Part shown: positions 39,224-52,980 of the stretch, piece by piece
How the letters are laid out: the number at the start of each line of letters is the position of its first letter
Numbering within the stretch: the first letter of the stretch is position 1
Assembly: GCF_009914755.1 (NCBI RefSeq)
Contig: NC_060927.1
Origin: the human T2T-CHM13v2.0 reference genome, Homo sapiens
Reading direction: 5' to 3' (one strand)
Length of the DNA stretch: 64,000 nucleotides
Program-made: the position numbers and the translations under genes
The notes under the pieces: generated by a model
The model's input: only the letters and a program-made list of their open reading frames with translations
Told to the model about the DNA's origin: nothing
Databases searched by the model: none

Positions 39224-41573
39224 AATCCCTAATCCATTTGGAGTTTGTTCTTATGTACATTGTGAGGTATGGGCCTAATTTTATCTTTTTCACAGTGGCT
39301 ACAGGTAGTCCCAGCATCAATTATTTAAAAGTTCATCTTTGCCCCAGTAATTTGAGATAACATCTTTATCATATTCTAAATTTCCTTGTGTATATGGGAC
39401 AGATTCTTTACTTTCTATTTTATTACACTAATCTATTTTTTCTATTCATACACTAATACTATGTCTTCCAGTTTTTCCAATGCAATTGTTAAACATGATT
39501 GAGATCATAAGGTATAAGCAATTTTGTATACTGCTTTTTCACTTCACATTATAGCTGAAATATTCTGTAACATATTGAAATCATTTTAAGAAGTTGCATA
39601 ATGTTCTGTGTTATTATTATAATTTACTTTAATATTCCTCATTTTTGGACATTTGGATTACTTCAATTTTTTCTATTATAAATCATACAGTAATAAAGAG
39701 ATACTTGCTTTTTTATTAAACTTTTTATTTTGTGATAATTGTAGATTCACAGACAGTTATAAGGAATAATACAAGGAGATTTTGTGTGCCCTTTGCCCAG
39801 TGTCCCCAAATATAATATCTTGCAGAACTGCAGTACAGTATCACAACCAGGATATTGATATAATCAAGATACTGTACATTTCCATCACCACAAGGATCCC
39901 TCATGTTTTCTTTTTATAGCCACACACATTTCCTTTCCACTTCCACCCTCACCCCATATATACCCTCCTTAATCCCTGGAAATCACTAATCTGTTTTCCA
40001 TTTATGTAATGCCATCACTTTAAGAATAAATTATACAGTATGTAACATTTTCTGATTGGCTTTTTCCACATAGCATAATTATCTGGAGATTCATCTAAAT
40101 GTCATATACATCAATAGTTTGTACTTTTATGTTGCTGAGCAGTATTCCATGAAATAGATTTACTATAGTTAATTTAATCATGTATCACTGAAGTACATTT
40201 AGATTGTTTCCAGTTTGGAGCTATTTCAAATAAAGCTGATATGAACATTCAGGCACAGGAATTTTTGTCAGCATAAGTTTTCATTAATCTTAGAAGTATG
40301 CCCAAGAGTACAACTGCTAAGTTATAAGGTAGTTTCTGTTTTTTAAGAAATCATGAAGTGTTTCCTCCCATTTTATTTCCTGGAAGAGATTGTGTAGATA
40401 TTATAGAATTGGTGTTATTTCAGAATTGGCGTAGATTGCTCCAGTGAAATAATATGGGTCTGGAGATTTCTTTATTTAGAGTCTTTAAATTATGCATTTA
40501 ATTTCTTTAAGAGTTTCAGGGCTATTAAAATTACCTATTTCATATTAGGTGAATTGCTGTAGTTTGTACTTCTCAAGGAATTGGTCCATTTTCATCTAAG
40601 TTGTCAAATTTATTTGAAAAATTGTTCACAGTATTCCTTTATTACCCTTTTAATGTCTGCAGAGTCTCTAGTGATATTCATTCCTTATATTGGTAATTTG
40701 TGTCTTTTCTCTTTTTTCGGTATTTCTAGAAGTTTGTCAATTTTATAGATTTTTAAATAGCTTTTGTTTCATTTATTTTCTTTATTGTTTTTCTGTTTTA
40801 ATCTTCATTGATTTCTGCTTTTACATTTATTATTTCTCTCCTTCTGCTTAATTTGGGTTTATTTTGCTCTTCTTTTTCTAGGTTATTGAAGTGGAAGCTT
40901 AGGTTGATTTGAGATGTTTCTTCTTTTCTAATCTAAGCATTTAGAGATGTAAATTTACCTCTTGGCACTGCTTCAGCTCTCTTATATATTTTGATGTGCT
41001 CTATTTTCACTTTCATGAAGTTCATTTTTTTAATTGCCATGAGATTTCCTCTTTGACAAATGAGAGTATTTTGTCTAGTCTCCAAGTGTTTAAAAAATTT
41101 TATTATTTTTATGTTATTTATATCTACCTGGATTCCATTATGATCACAGAACACACTCTGTGTGGTTTTAATTCTTTAAAATATATTAAAGTTTGTTTTG
41201 TGGTCCAGGATAATTCTATATTGCTATATGTTCCACAGGCATTTGAAAATAATGTTTATTCTACTTTCATAGGTTAAAGTATTCTATAAATGCCAATTAT
41301 ATCCTAATGATTGATGGTATTATTGAGTTCTATATCTTTGCTGATTTTCTGTCTACTTGTTCTCTCGATTGTTGAGAGAAGGGTCTGAAAGTCTCCAACT
41401 ATAATTGTCAATTTGTCTATCTTTCCAGTTCTCCTCGTTTGTGTTTCACATATTCTTCAGTTATATTATTTGGTGCACACACATCAAGGATTGCCTAGTC
41501 TTCTTGGTAGATGGACCTTTTTATCATTACATAACAATTGTTTGATGTTAATATAGTCAATTAATTTAGTCCT

Positions 41574-42970
41574 TTTTTTTTTTTTTTTTTATTGATCATT
41601 CTTGGGTGTTTCTCGCAGAGGGGGATTTGGCAGGGTCATAGGACAATAGTGGAGGGAAGGTCAGCAGATAAACAAGTGAACAAAGGTCTCTGGTTTTCCT
41701 AGGCAGAGGACCCTGTGGCCTTCCGCAGTGTTTGTGTCCCTGGGTACTTGAGATTAGGGAGTGGTGATGATTCTTAACGAGCATGCTGCCTTCAAGCATC
41801 TGTTTAACAAAGCACATCTTGCACCGCCCTTAATCCATTTAACCCTGAGTGGACACAGCACATGTTTCAGAGAGCACAGGGTTGGGGGTAAGGTCACCGA
41901 TCAACAGGATCCCAAGGCAGAAGAATTTTTCTTAGTACAGAACAAAATGAAAAGTCTCCCATGTCTACTTCTTTCTACACAGACACGACAACCATCCGAT
42001 TTCTCAATCTTTTCCCCACCTTTCCCCCCTTTCTATTCCACAAAACCGCCATTGTCATCCCCGCCCGTTCTCAATGAGCTGCTGGGTACACCTCCCAGAC
42101 GGGGTGGTGGCCGGGCAGAGGGGCTCCTCACATCCCAGTAGGGGTGGCCGGGCAGAGGCGCCCCTCACCTCCCGGACGGGGCGGCTGGCCGGGCAGGGGG
42201 CTGACCCCCCCCCACCTCCCTCCCGGACGGGGCGGCTGGCCGGGCGGAGGGCTGACCCCCCCACCTCCCTCCCGGACGGGGCCGCTGGCCGGGCAGGGGG
42301 CTGACCCCCCCACCTCCCTCCCGGACGGGGCGGCTGGCCTGGCGGGGGCTGACCCCCACCTCCCTCCTGGATGGGGTGGCTGCCGGGCGGAGATGCTCCT
42401 CACTTCTCAGACGGGGCGGTTGCCAGGTGGAGGGTCTCCTCACTTCTCAGACGGGGCAGCCGGGCAGAGGCGCTCCTCACATCCCAGACGGGGCGGCGGG
42501 GCAGAGGTGCTCCCCACATCTCAGAGGATGGGCGGCCGGGCAGAGACGCTCCTCACTTCCTAGATGGGATGGCGGCCGGGAAGAGGCGCTCCTCACTTCC
42601 TAGATGGGATGGCGGCCGGGCAGAGACGCTCCTCACTTTCCAGACTGGGCAGCCAGGCAGAGGGGCTCCTCACGTCCCAGACGATAGGCGGCCGGGCAGA
42701 GACGCTCCTCACTTCCCAGACGGGGTGGCAGCTGGGCAGAGGCTGCAATCTCGGCACTTTGGGAGGCCAAGGCAGGCGGCTGGGAGGTGGAGGTTATAGC
42801 GAGCTGCGATCACGCAACTGCACTCCAGCCTGGGCACCATTGAGCACTGAGTGAACCAGACTCCGTCTGCAATCCCGGCACCTCGGGAGGCCAAGGCTGG
42901 CGGATCACTCGCGGTTAGGAGCTGGAGACCAGCCCGGCCAACACAGCGAAACCCCATCTCCACCAAAAAA
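41574..42970 (-). mobile_element. SVA retrotransposon (SVA_D-like), 5'-truncated within the Alu-like domain
   Basis: Poly(T), SINE-R (about 41591-42090), GC-rich VNTR (about 42095-42740), Alu-like part to 42970; no (CCCTCT)n hexamers; TSD TAGTCCT 41567-41573 / 42974-42980. Confidence 0.97.
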
Positions 42971-43336
42971 GTCTAGTCCTGTATTGAAGTTTGTATGATA
43001 TATATTTTTCATCCTTTGACTTTTGATCCACCTATATGATTATATTTCAAGTGGTACTTGTATAGACAGCATGTGGTTTCTTAATCCACTCAACCAATCT
43101 CTGTCTTTTAATTGATATAATTAGACCATTTACATTTAATGTGATGATTCATATGTCAAGACTTAAGTTTTCCATTTTTGTGTATGTGTTTTGTTTTTTC
43201 TATTTTTCATTTCTTTCTGTTTTCTTTTTCCTGTCTTTCTGTGGGTTACTCAAACATTTTTTAGAATTCCATTTGATTTATATATAGTGTTTGTGGGTAT
43301 ATCTCTTTGTATAGCTTTGTTAGTGGTATGACATTT

Positions 43337-43393
43337 TATATATATATATACACATACACACACACATATATATACACACACACATACACATAT
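43337..43393. repeat. (TA)n/(CA)n microsatellite
   Basis: Seen directly in the sequence. Confidence 0.9.
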
Positions 43394-46300
43394 AAAAAAA
43401 TCACAGTCTACTGGTGCTGACAATTTATCTGTTCAAATGAAGTTTAGGAATCTTACCTCTCATAATGTCCCTTTACTCTCCCTATTTATAGTATAATTGA
43501 TTTAAATACTTTCTCCCTATATATTTAGGATTATATCAATGTTATAATTTTTGCTTCAATTGTCAACCATAATCCAGAAAACCCAAAAGGAGAAAGTTTA
43601 TTATATTTGCCCATATTTTTCCTCTTTCCATTGTTCTTTCTTCATTTCCGACATTCAAAGATGCCTTCTTTAATCATTTTCTTTCTTTTTAGAGAGCTTC
43701 TCTTAGTTATTCTTATAAACTAGGTATTTTGGTAATGAATTCTCTATTTTCTTTATTTGAAAATGTCTTGATTCCCCCTTCATTCTTGCAGAATATATTC
43801 ATTGAATATAGAATTCTGAGATGACAAGTCTCTTCTACCAGTGCTTGAAAAAAATATAATGCCACTTCCTCTGGCCTTCATGTTTTCCAGTAGGAAATCT
43901 GGTGTCTTTCAAATAGTTTCTTCCCCCATAAGTAAAGTGTCATTTTTCTCTAACTGTTTTCAAGATTTTTCCTTTGTTTCCATTTTCAGAAATTTGACTA
44001 TGATGTGTATTGGTGTAGACTTCTTTGGGTTTATCCTATTTTAGAGTCACTCTGCTTCTTGAATCTATAGGTTAGTCTTTTACCAAATTTAGGAAATTTC
44101 AGCCATTATTTCTCTGAGAATGTTTCCAGTCCCAACCTTTTTTCTCTCTTTACATGATTCTAAAAATACAAATATTAGAAATTTCGTTGTAACCTGGCAG
44201 GTCTTTTAGGCACTGTTCATTTTTTAAGATATTTTCACACTCTTGGTGAGATTAACTTATTTATAGTGTTCTATCGTCAAATTCACTGATTCCTTCCTTT
44301 GTAGCCTCCGTTCTTCTGTGGAGCCTGTCCATTGAGATTTTTGTTTCAGTTATTGTATTTTCCATTCCTAAATTTTTCATTTAGTTCTTCTTAGTATTTT
44401 CTATTTCTTTGCTTTAACTCTATTTCGTTGTTGATACTTCGTATTTTTTCAGTTGTTTTAAGTTTATTCTAATTATTTTTGAAGCACTTTTACTATGGCC
44501 ACTTTAAAGTCTTTGTCAAACAACTCTAACATCTCTGTCATCTTGGCAGTAGTATCTATTCATCATCTTTTCATTAAGTTCAGATTTTCCTAGTTCTTGG
44601 TATGATAATTGATTACTATGTTGAAGCTTGGTGTATCGTGTATCTTGTATTATGAAACTTTGGATCTTACATAAAACTTCTCTTTTAGCTAGCTTTCTTT
44701 GGCACTGCTGTGGCAGGGGAAGGGATAGATTTCACCTTGTTACTGCCAGGTTAGAAGTCTAGGTACCCCACTCAGCCTTTAGTGACCCTTAGGTGGATGG
44801 GTTCCTCATTACCTCTGGGCAGAACTGAGAGTTCTGTTTTCCCACTAGGCCTTTCTTGATATGACCCTGGCTGCGAGCGATAAAAGTCCTTGTTAATGCT
44901 CCTCATGTAGACTCCACTGACACCACAGGGGGGTGACCTTGTTAGCAGTGGGCAATTATAACAGTCCTAATCTCTATGATACCACCCTAGTTGGAAATGG
45001 GAAGGGTGCTTTGTTAGTGTCAAGTGGAAGTGGAACTCCTGAATCTACATGTGGTCTCCACTGACATCACAGGTTGGGCAAGGGGAGTTGGTTACCAACC
45101 CAGATTCTTACTTCATCTTCTCTGTATTCGCCCTGGTAGGGGGTGACAGGAGAAGGTGGACTGCCTTCCTGACGAGGGGTGGATGTTTAGCCTTCCCATT
45201 TGGCCTTTGCTGGCATGGGTGGGGTTGGGACCACAGTTTTTTCTGTGGTGTTTGGCTTGAGTGAAACTGTACCTAAAAATTTTCTGTCTTGGTAGGTTGA
45301 CCCTTTTTTAGTCCTTTAGCTTGAGAGTAGGCTTTCGTTAGGATTTTTTGGTCTGTGCCTTTTGGTCTTTCTAGTTACTGGTGTCTTCAGTTCCAAGTCT
45401 GAGATATGTAGAGCAAAAGCAGAACCCACAGAACACATCACCATGACATTCCTGGAGTCCAGAGGTCCCTAGAAAGTCTGCGTTCTTTGTTTACCTATAA
45501 TAGTCTTCTTGGTTTTATATATAATGTCCATGATTTTTCATTGTACTTAGCAAGAGGAATAGGAAAAAATGTATCTACTCCATCTTCCCAAAACCGTAAT
45601 CTTTTGTTTTTAAAATTTACTATTTCTGTAGGATAAAGCACATAAAATGCAATTATTGGAGCAAAGTATAAAATCATCTCAAAGGATCTTAGTACATATT
45701 TTCAAATTGGTTTTCAGAAATGTGTATCAATTATTATTAGGTTTATATGTCATATGGAATGTTTTTTATTATACCATGTTCTCTCTAGTATTATGTATTA
45801 CTGTTTGTTAAGTCTTCCCTAATTTGATAGGCAAATGTAGAACTTCATATTTGTTTTAAGGTATAATTTTGTGGTAATTAGTAATAGTTAACATTTGGTT
45901 TATTCAAATTTTAATCGCCACTACTAACTTTACTCTCATGATTTTTTAGTCATACTTTTTTACCCTTTTTTATATTTCTCTTATCGTTTATCTTTTATTA
46001 TTTATATATTTAAATATTACCTTTTATGTATATATTTGTTGCACTTGGTAGCAAACCTTTATTTCTCTATATTATGTATTTTGGTGTACATACATTTTAA
46101 CATTTTTATCTAGTTAAATCTACTGATATTTTTGTATGTGATTATTTTTGACAACTGTAAGGTTAGCAAATGTTTTCCAATGCAGAAATTCAATAAATAT
46201 TTCCTCTGTTTCAAGTTTCTTTTTTGTTTATCACATGTACAATTATTAATTTGTCTCATATTTATTTTGGTGCAAGACATGAGATGATATACAAAGGATG

Positions 46301-46764
46301 ATTTCTATGTTTTACATGTGGCTCCCTAATTGTTCTAAACCCATTTACTACTTTTCTTCAAAACATTTTCTAGAAATTCTCATGTGATCTCAGCTAAAGA
46401 CCTATCATAGGACACTGAATTCTCAGTTGACATGCAATATCCTCAAATATTGGGGCTGACAGAGAAGTCAACATCATTTGACTGATGACCAGAGAACACG
46501 GAGGTAATGTGGTTTCTTCATATTTTGAGGGAATGAAACAATTAAAATGACAAATGAGTCCTCCAGGGTCCAATCAAAATTAACAGCAAGCACATACTGC
46601 AGAAATTCTTCTTAGAGGACCCTGAGGAAACCCTTATCACCTAATCAAGGGGAGGGGCCTAACGTTCTGGGGGAATTTCATGCATCTGGTGGGATTCAAT
46701 ATAGGTCCAAACTGATGAAAATGTCAAAACAATCTTGTGATAAAACATAGAAAAGGATGGCTTT

Positions 46765-47115
<351 letters not shown>

Positions 47116-47874
47116 CTATTTGAGGCTATGTCAGTTTGCTGCAAAGTTCATTTTACATAGTAGAATTTAAGCTATTTGAAGCCTGCACCATCAGATTTCC
47201 ATTATGTGAACAAGATGGTGAAATTTATCTGCTTCATGCTAGATGACTTAAGCCACCAGGGTCAGGAACTAAGATGCATTTTAAATGACATAAGCCATGC
47301 TGTAGAAAAAGTCAGCCGTTTCTCGAAATGAAAAGAAATGTAGAGTCCATAACCATGTGATTTCCACAAGCAGACAATTCCTTCATCTTGCCTCTCTTTT
47401 TCTGGGTTCTCTATGCCTACTATGTATCAGTTATGCCCCTTCGGTCCTTGCCTTCCTTCTTTCAGACCACCCTTCCAGAACTGGCATCCCCTTCTCCCTG
47501 GTAACAATTCAGACTTCCTTCCCTCCTGCCTTGTTGGCCAACATACTAACTCTAGTCTCAAGATGCTCCTTACTAGCTTCTTGAAACTGGCATTTTTGAT
47601 AACTCATATAAGCGGATACCTTGAGATAAAACTTAACATGTTGGTATTCACAAATTTCCCCTTTACCTACTTAGCTTTTTCTCCCAGCCTCACTCTCTGA
47701 ACAGAAAGAGCCAAAGCTGCTTAGAAGGGTTATCACAAGAAAATCAATCAGGATAATAATTGTAATTACCAGAGGAGTTGTATGCATAAAAGGGAGAGAG
47801 GGAGAACTAAATAAACAAGGTAGCATATGAGGATAGGCAAGATAGAGGGTCTGGAACATAAAAGAGTAAGAGAC

Positions 47875-48260
<386 letters not shown>

Positions 48261-49329
48261 TTAAGAGAGATATTGAATAAATATCAAAATGTACGTCTAG
48301 GTCTTGAGATTAAAAATGCAAAACTATTCTAGGACCAGAGCTGCACTACTAGCATCACATTTATAAATATTTCATATTAAACCAATCATTCCTCTACAGT
48401 TTGGGTGTCTTGTGGAGGAGAAGGGAGATGGTGAGATGGTATCTCTTCTAACAGAGTATCAGAGAGGCCTACATGCCACTCCTATTAAACCAATAATACC
48501 TTGAAGCCAAGGAATTTGTCTGATTCATAATTAAATTGCCAGTCCCTAGTACAGAATCTCAATCCCTGGTACATAGTGGGTGTTTTATAAATGTTAGTGA
48601 ATATATGACATACAAACTTCATGTGCTAGTTCCAGGCTAAATTTATCTGAATGGTTTCTGAAAATCAGATCAGTCCATTCTTTCTGGATGATAACATCTC
48701 AACACTACCAAGATAGTCTTTCTGTGGGAAACCCACAACATAGGGTTACAAACGCTACAATTCAACCACTGCAGTTCAAACTAGACTAGACCATCATGAT
48801 CATGCCTGATTCCCAAAGAAGAGATGAAAGTGGATCAGCAGGTAGGAGCCAATGTAGAGATTTCATAATAAAACACGTTAAGACTTTTAAATAACAGATT
48901 TATAATAATTCTAACAAAACAGGCTTCAGAATTGACTAGGAATCTTTGCAGTATCAAAGATTAGATAGATCAAAGTCTGGCCTGTGGGGGTGGAACTGAA
49001 TATGGTCAAAAGGCTTAAGGATAAAGACAGGGTTAACTAATGCAGCTTAGATTCCTGTAAATGAGACATATTTTTATACATACCCTAAAGGAAAGTTTGT
49101 GTGTATTGGCTTAAGATAATTTTTCAGTTCACTGTAGATATAACAATGAATAAAACACTGTTCTTTGCTAAGAGGAGTTAGAACATTATTTACACATAAT
49201 TCAGTAAATAAAGGCTGCAAAAAATTGGTGCTAGATAGTTAAGTCCCCTCACCTATACAAAAGGCCTTTATTCTTTATATCTCCTTTTTCTAGGGTAAGA
49301 GTTGTTTTGCTGAACCATTATAGGCAAGC

Positions 49330-49445
49330 TAAAAAGGGAGGAGAGGGAAAGTGAAAAGAAAGGATGAGGGGAGGCAAAAGAGGGGAGAAGAGAAGGGAGG
49401 GAAAGAAAGAACAAGGAGAGGAGGAAGGAGAGGAGAAAGGATAAG
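49330..49445. repeat. GA-rich low-complexity polypurine tract
   Basis: Almost entirely G and A over about 115 bp. Confidence 0.85.
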
Positions 49446-50449
49446 AGGCATCTATTTCTGGAAATATTGTAAGTTAAATACCCTGAATAACTGCTACTGA
49501 TAGAAGCAACTAAAACAATGGATAACAAAATGTATAGAAATGCATTTTTAGAGACACTGCCGAACTGGCACAAAAGGATCCACAGTTTCCAAAAGTTGAA
49601 ATGAAACCCAAATCATGGGGAAAAAAATAAGCACCACAACTAGATTTTCCTTAATGGCTTCATTTGAACCCTAAAGACTCTATGTTTCTGTGTATCAGCA
49701 ATATGAGTTCTGGGTGTAGGGAACAGAGGATAAAATCCCAAGCCCTTGAAGGCTCCCCTCAGAGAGAGGATGAATGAGAAATAACCCCTGCTACACAGAA
49801 GGGGATAACAAGAATTACAAATCCTCAAAATTTTGGCACTAGATAGAGGTGAAGAAACATTACCTGATAATTTGTAACAACAAGCCAGTCCTCATGGTGT
49901 TTTGGTCCATATTCATGTTATCTGAAAAACCTTACTCAGATAATACGATTTAAAGTGATCCCAGATTGGTAGACACTTCAGGTCCTTGGGTGGATAACTA
50001 TAATCCTACCTGGAAGAACGCAATTTCAACCCAAGCCTAAAAGAATTCTTATAGAAAAATTCCCAACATAAATAAAAAGTTCACAACAGAGGAAAAAACA
50101 AAAGAATAAAAAGGCTCCTTGACTTAGCACTAGAGGACATACACAAGGATCTGCCCACAAACACAGTAACAAACACTTCAGATATCATTTAAATGTGGAA
50201 CGTAAATTACTTACATTTTATTAAGTCCTTAGAAATAGAAGATAAACTTGAAAACAAGAAGGAAAACAAGAGACTGAAAAACAACCACTAGATGAAAAAT
50301 CCTCTAAGTAAGGGTAAATTAAACAGTGGATTGGAAACTGCCAGAGAGAGAATAATTTTATGACTTCCACATAAGAAGGTTTTCTTACACAGAACTCTAA
50401 AATAAAAACCACAAAGAATAAAATAATTTGATTCTGTATCACCTCCATA

Positions 50450-50665
50450 TAGTATTTCCTATAGGCCAAGCATCATTCTCATTACTTTACATGCACATAT
50501 GTAATTCTCCCTGTAAACCATTAAAGTTGACATCATTATTATCCTCATTTTGCAGATGACAAAACTGAAGGGATGGGACCTAAATTAACTTACCCAAAGT
50601 CACACAGCTAATAAATGCAGGTTCTGAGATTTGAGTCCAGGCAGTCTGGCTCCGACATCTGTGCC
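50450..50665 (-). mobile_element. MIR
   Basis: ATTATTATCCTCATTTTGCAGATGACAAAACTGA..ACTTACCCAAAGTCACACAGCTA..GATTTGAGTCCAGGCAGTCTGGCTCC. Confidence 0.85.
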
Positions 50666-51271
50666 CTGAAGTAAAGATTTATAAATCTGAATACATTAAA
50701 ATTTAAAAAAATTTTTCATCAAAAGACACCTTAAAGAAAGCTAGAAGATAAACACTAACTGGGAAAAGTTATTTCCAACATATTTAACCACCAAAGTGTT
50801 CATGCCCAGATTCTATACTAAACTCCTCAAGCCAATGCTGGCATTGAGCCATTTATGTTCTGCTGGTCATTTTCCAAATAATAACCTAACCACATGGATA
50901 TCACCGCAAATTAGTTTCCACAACTCCACTCACTCAAGTTTAATTTTTCTCACAATCAGTTTACCTGGGATTGGGTTATGTTATTGTACATCCTGTCCAT
51001 TACCAATATCCTTTGTCTTTGAAAACCACTGGCCTCAAATTTCCTTTAGAATGAATACAGTAAAAAATTTCTGAGAGACCTGAACAGTTTTCTGGAGACA
51101 CCAGGAGTGTGTAGTGATTCTTTAAAGATTGGACTCTAGCCCCACCACCCACTTACTCTGCAAATGTGGGCAAGTTATTTAAACTCGTTGAGCTTCAGCT
51201 TTCTCATGTGTAAAATGAGGAGCATTGCCACAATTGAGTAAGATAATGTAGGTAAAAGAGCACCTCCTGGG

Positions 51272-51870
51272 AGTTTCTCAAAAGATTATATACATAGAGT
51301 CACCGTACAACTCTGTGATTCCACTCCTAGGTTTATACCCAAGAGAAATGAAAACATATGCCCACACAAAACTTGTACACAAATGTTCATAGCAGCTATA
51401 TATATATAATAGCCAGAAAGTAGAAAGAACTCAAATGTCCACCAACTTATGAATGGATACACAAGGTATGATATACACATGCAATGGAAGATGATTCCAT
51501 AATAAAAAGGGATAAAGGTCTGATTCATGCTGCAACATGGATAAACTTGAGAACATTATGCTAAGAGAAAAATTCCAGACACAAAGAGCCACATATTATA
51601 TGATTTCATTTATATAAAATGTTCAGAATGGAAAAATATATATGGACAGAAAATAGATTAGTGGTTGCCAGGGGATTAGGGGAGGGAAGAATGAAAGTAA
51701 CTGCCAATTGATACAGAGTTTATTTAGGGGTGATGAAATGTTCTAAAGTTAGATATAGGGATTTTTGCACAATTATGTGAATACACCAAAATCCACTGAA
51801 TTGTAGACCTTAAAAGTGTGACATTCATAGTATTTAAATTATATCTCAATAAGGTTGTTATTTTGAAAAA
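51272..51870 (+). mobile_element. L1MB (MB7/8-like) 3' end inserted into a MIR (51105-51270 and about 51880-51920)
   Basis: ATTCCACTCCTAGGTTTATACCCAAGAGAAATGAAAACATATG..AGATTAGTGGTTGCCAGGGG..TATATCTCAATAA. Confidence 0.85.
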
Positions 51871-52229
51871 GAACATATCTGCAGCTTTTGACACACAGTA
51901 AGTGCTCAGTAGTTACTGTTATTTTTACTCTTTTTAGCAGTCCATATGTCTTCTAGCATCCCTAAATTGTTTTGACCAATAGAAGTATTTTTTTAATTTC
52001 AAAAAAAAAAAACATAGTCCCAAATATCCATGTGCAAGAAACAGCATGGAAAACTTGAGAGGAGGGCCCAAGAAGACCTTTGCTAGGTGAGATGAAGAGA
52101 CAGCCATGCTCTGATGTTGGAACTTGGGAGGACCCTTAGGTATGGTAAGCTTTAGAGCTACTTGAAGACTCTCAGGACTCCCTTGTGGGTACAAAGAACA
52201 GGAGGCTGCCTTCACAGTAATTATGCCAG

Positions 52230-52980
52230 CAATAAATTAAATTAGCTAGCATTCATTTTCCAGCTAGGTGCCAATCACCCTCTTTGTGTTACCTCATTTA
52301 ATCCTCACCACTTACCTATAATTTTTATTCTATTCTAATCCCCATTTCACAGATAAGGAAACTAAGGTAGAGAGCAGTCATTTCCAGAACCAAGGCTTTT
52401 CACCATTATCATGCCACCTCTGACACAATCTTGGGAACCCAAGGAATTCTTCCCATATTTATTTAGTCATCACCATAGATAAACACATATAGGCTTACTA
52501 TACCTGAGGCAGTGGTCTAAGTGTTACATATAAGTATGTTCATGTATTTAATTCTCACAACTCTCAGATGTAGCTAGCATTATTATTCTTATTTTCAAAT
52601 GACACACATGATGCACAGAGAGGTTAGATGACATTCCCATGGCCACACAGTAGGTAGGTGACAGGATTGTTATTCGAATCTATATAGTCTGACTAGTAGG
52701 GTCTGCCCTCTTAATCACTCTGACGTATTGCTTCTCTAGCTGATGCATACAGTACTGGCTACATACCAAAACCTTGTCTAAGCCTTCCACATTTTGTTTT
52801 AAATCTTCAGAACAAAACTAGGTAATAGGCATTATTGTAAAAAATGTATTTTAGAGTAGCATGAAAATAAGTATAGAGAGTTAAAATATTCTGCACTCAA
52901 TGAACAAGTTTCAAAGCCAAGACAATTTGATTTATATCAAAGTGATTTGGCACAGGAGTCCAGGCTTTTAACCACTACTC
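52230..52980 (-). mobile_element. Cluster of about three MIR fragments
   Basis: CCCATTTCACAGATAAGGAAACTAAGG; GCACAGAGAGGTTAGATGAC..GGCCACACAG; GCTTTTAACCACTAC. Confidence 0.65.

Larger units (their letters stand above)
35262..39460 (-). mobile_element. L1MC3/4-like old L1 (long 3' UTR and ORF2 end) with nested insertions
   Basis: ACCCTTCACCCAGTTTTCCCTAATG, CCTCTCAGCAGACAGAGC; minus-strand REMQIKT; L1 sequence resumes after each nested element; boundaries approximate. Confidence 0.65.
39708..45600 (-). mobile_element. Old L1 (L1MC/L1MD-type) spanning 3' end to 5' UTR, with ORF2 deletion near 40360; hosts the SVA
   Basis: 3' end TTTTGTGATAATTGTAGATTCACA..TTTCCATCACCACAAGGATCCC; endonuclease remnant FCDHNGI and A.AV.RGKF..LNA on minus strand; 5' end GGAAGATGGAGTAGATAC on minus strand near 45590. 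Confidence 0.75.

Noticed and set aside
42095-42740. Regularly spaced 35-50 bp repeats superficially like a CRISPR array
   Set aside because: SVA VNTR in primate DNA; no unique spacers and no cas genes
41596-42966. Dense cluster of overlapping 70-140 aa ORFs on both strands
   Set aside because: All lie in the SVA SINE-R/VNTR/Alu-like sequence; GC-rich tandem repeats lack stop codons
49460-50420. A-rich stretch resembling an old L1ME/HAL1 5' region
   Set aside because: Too degenerate to assign or delimit by eye
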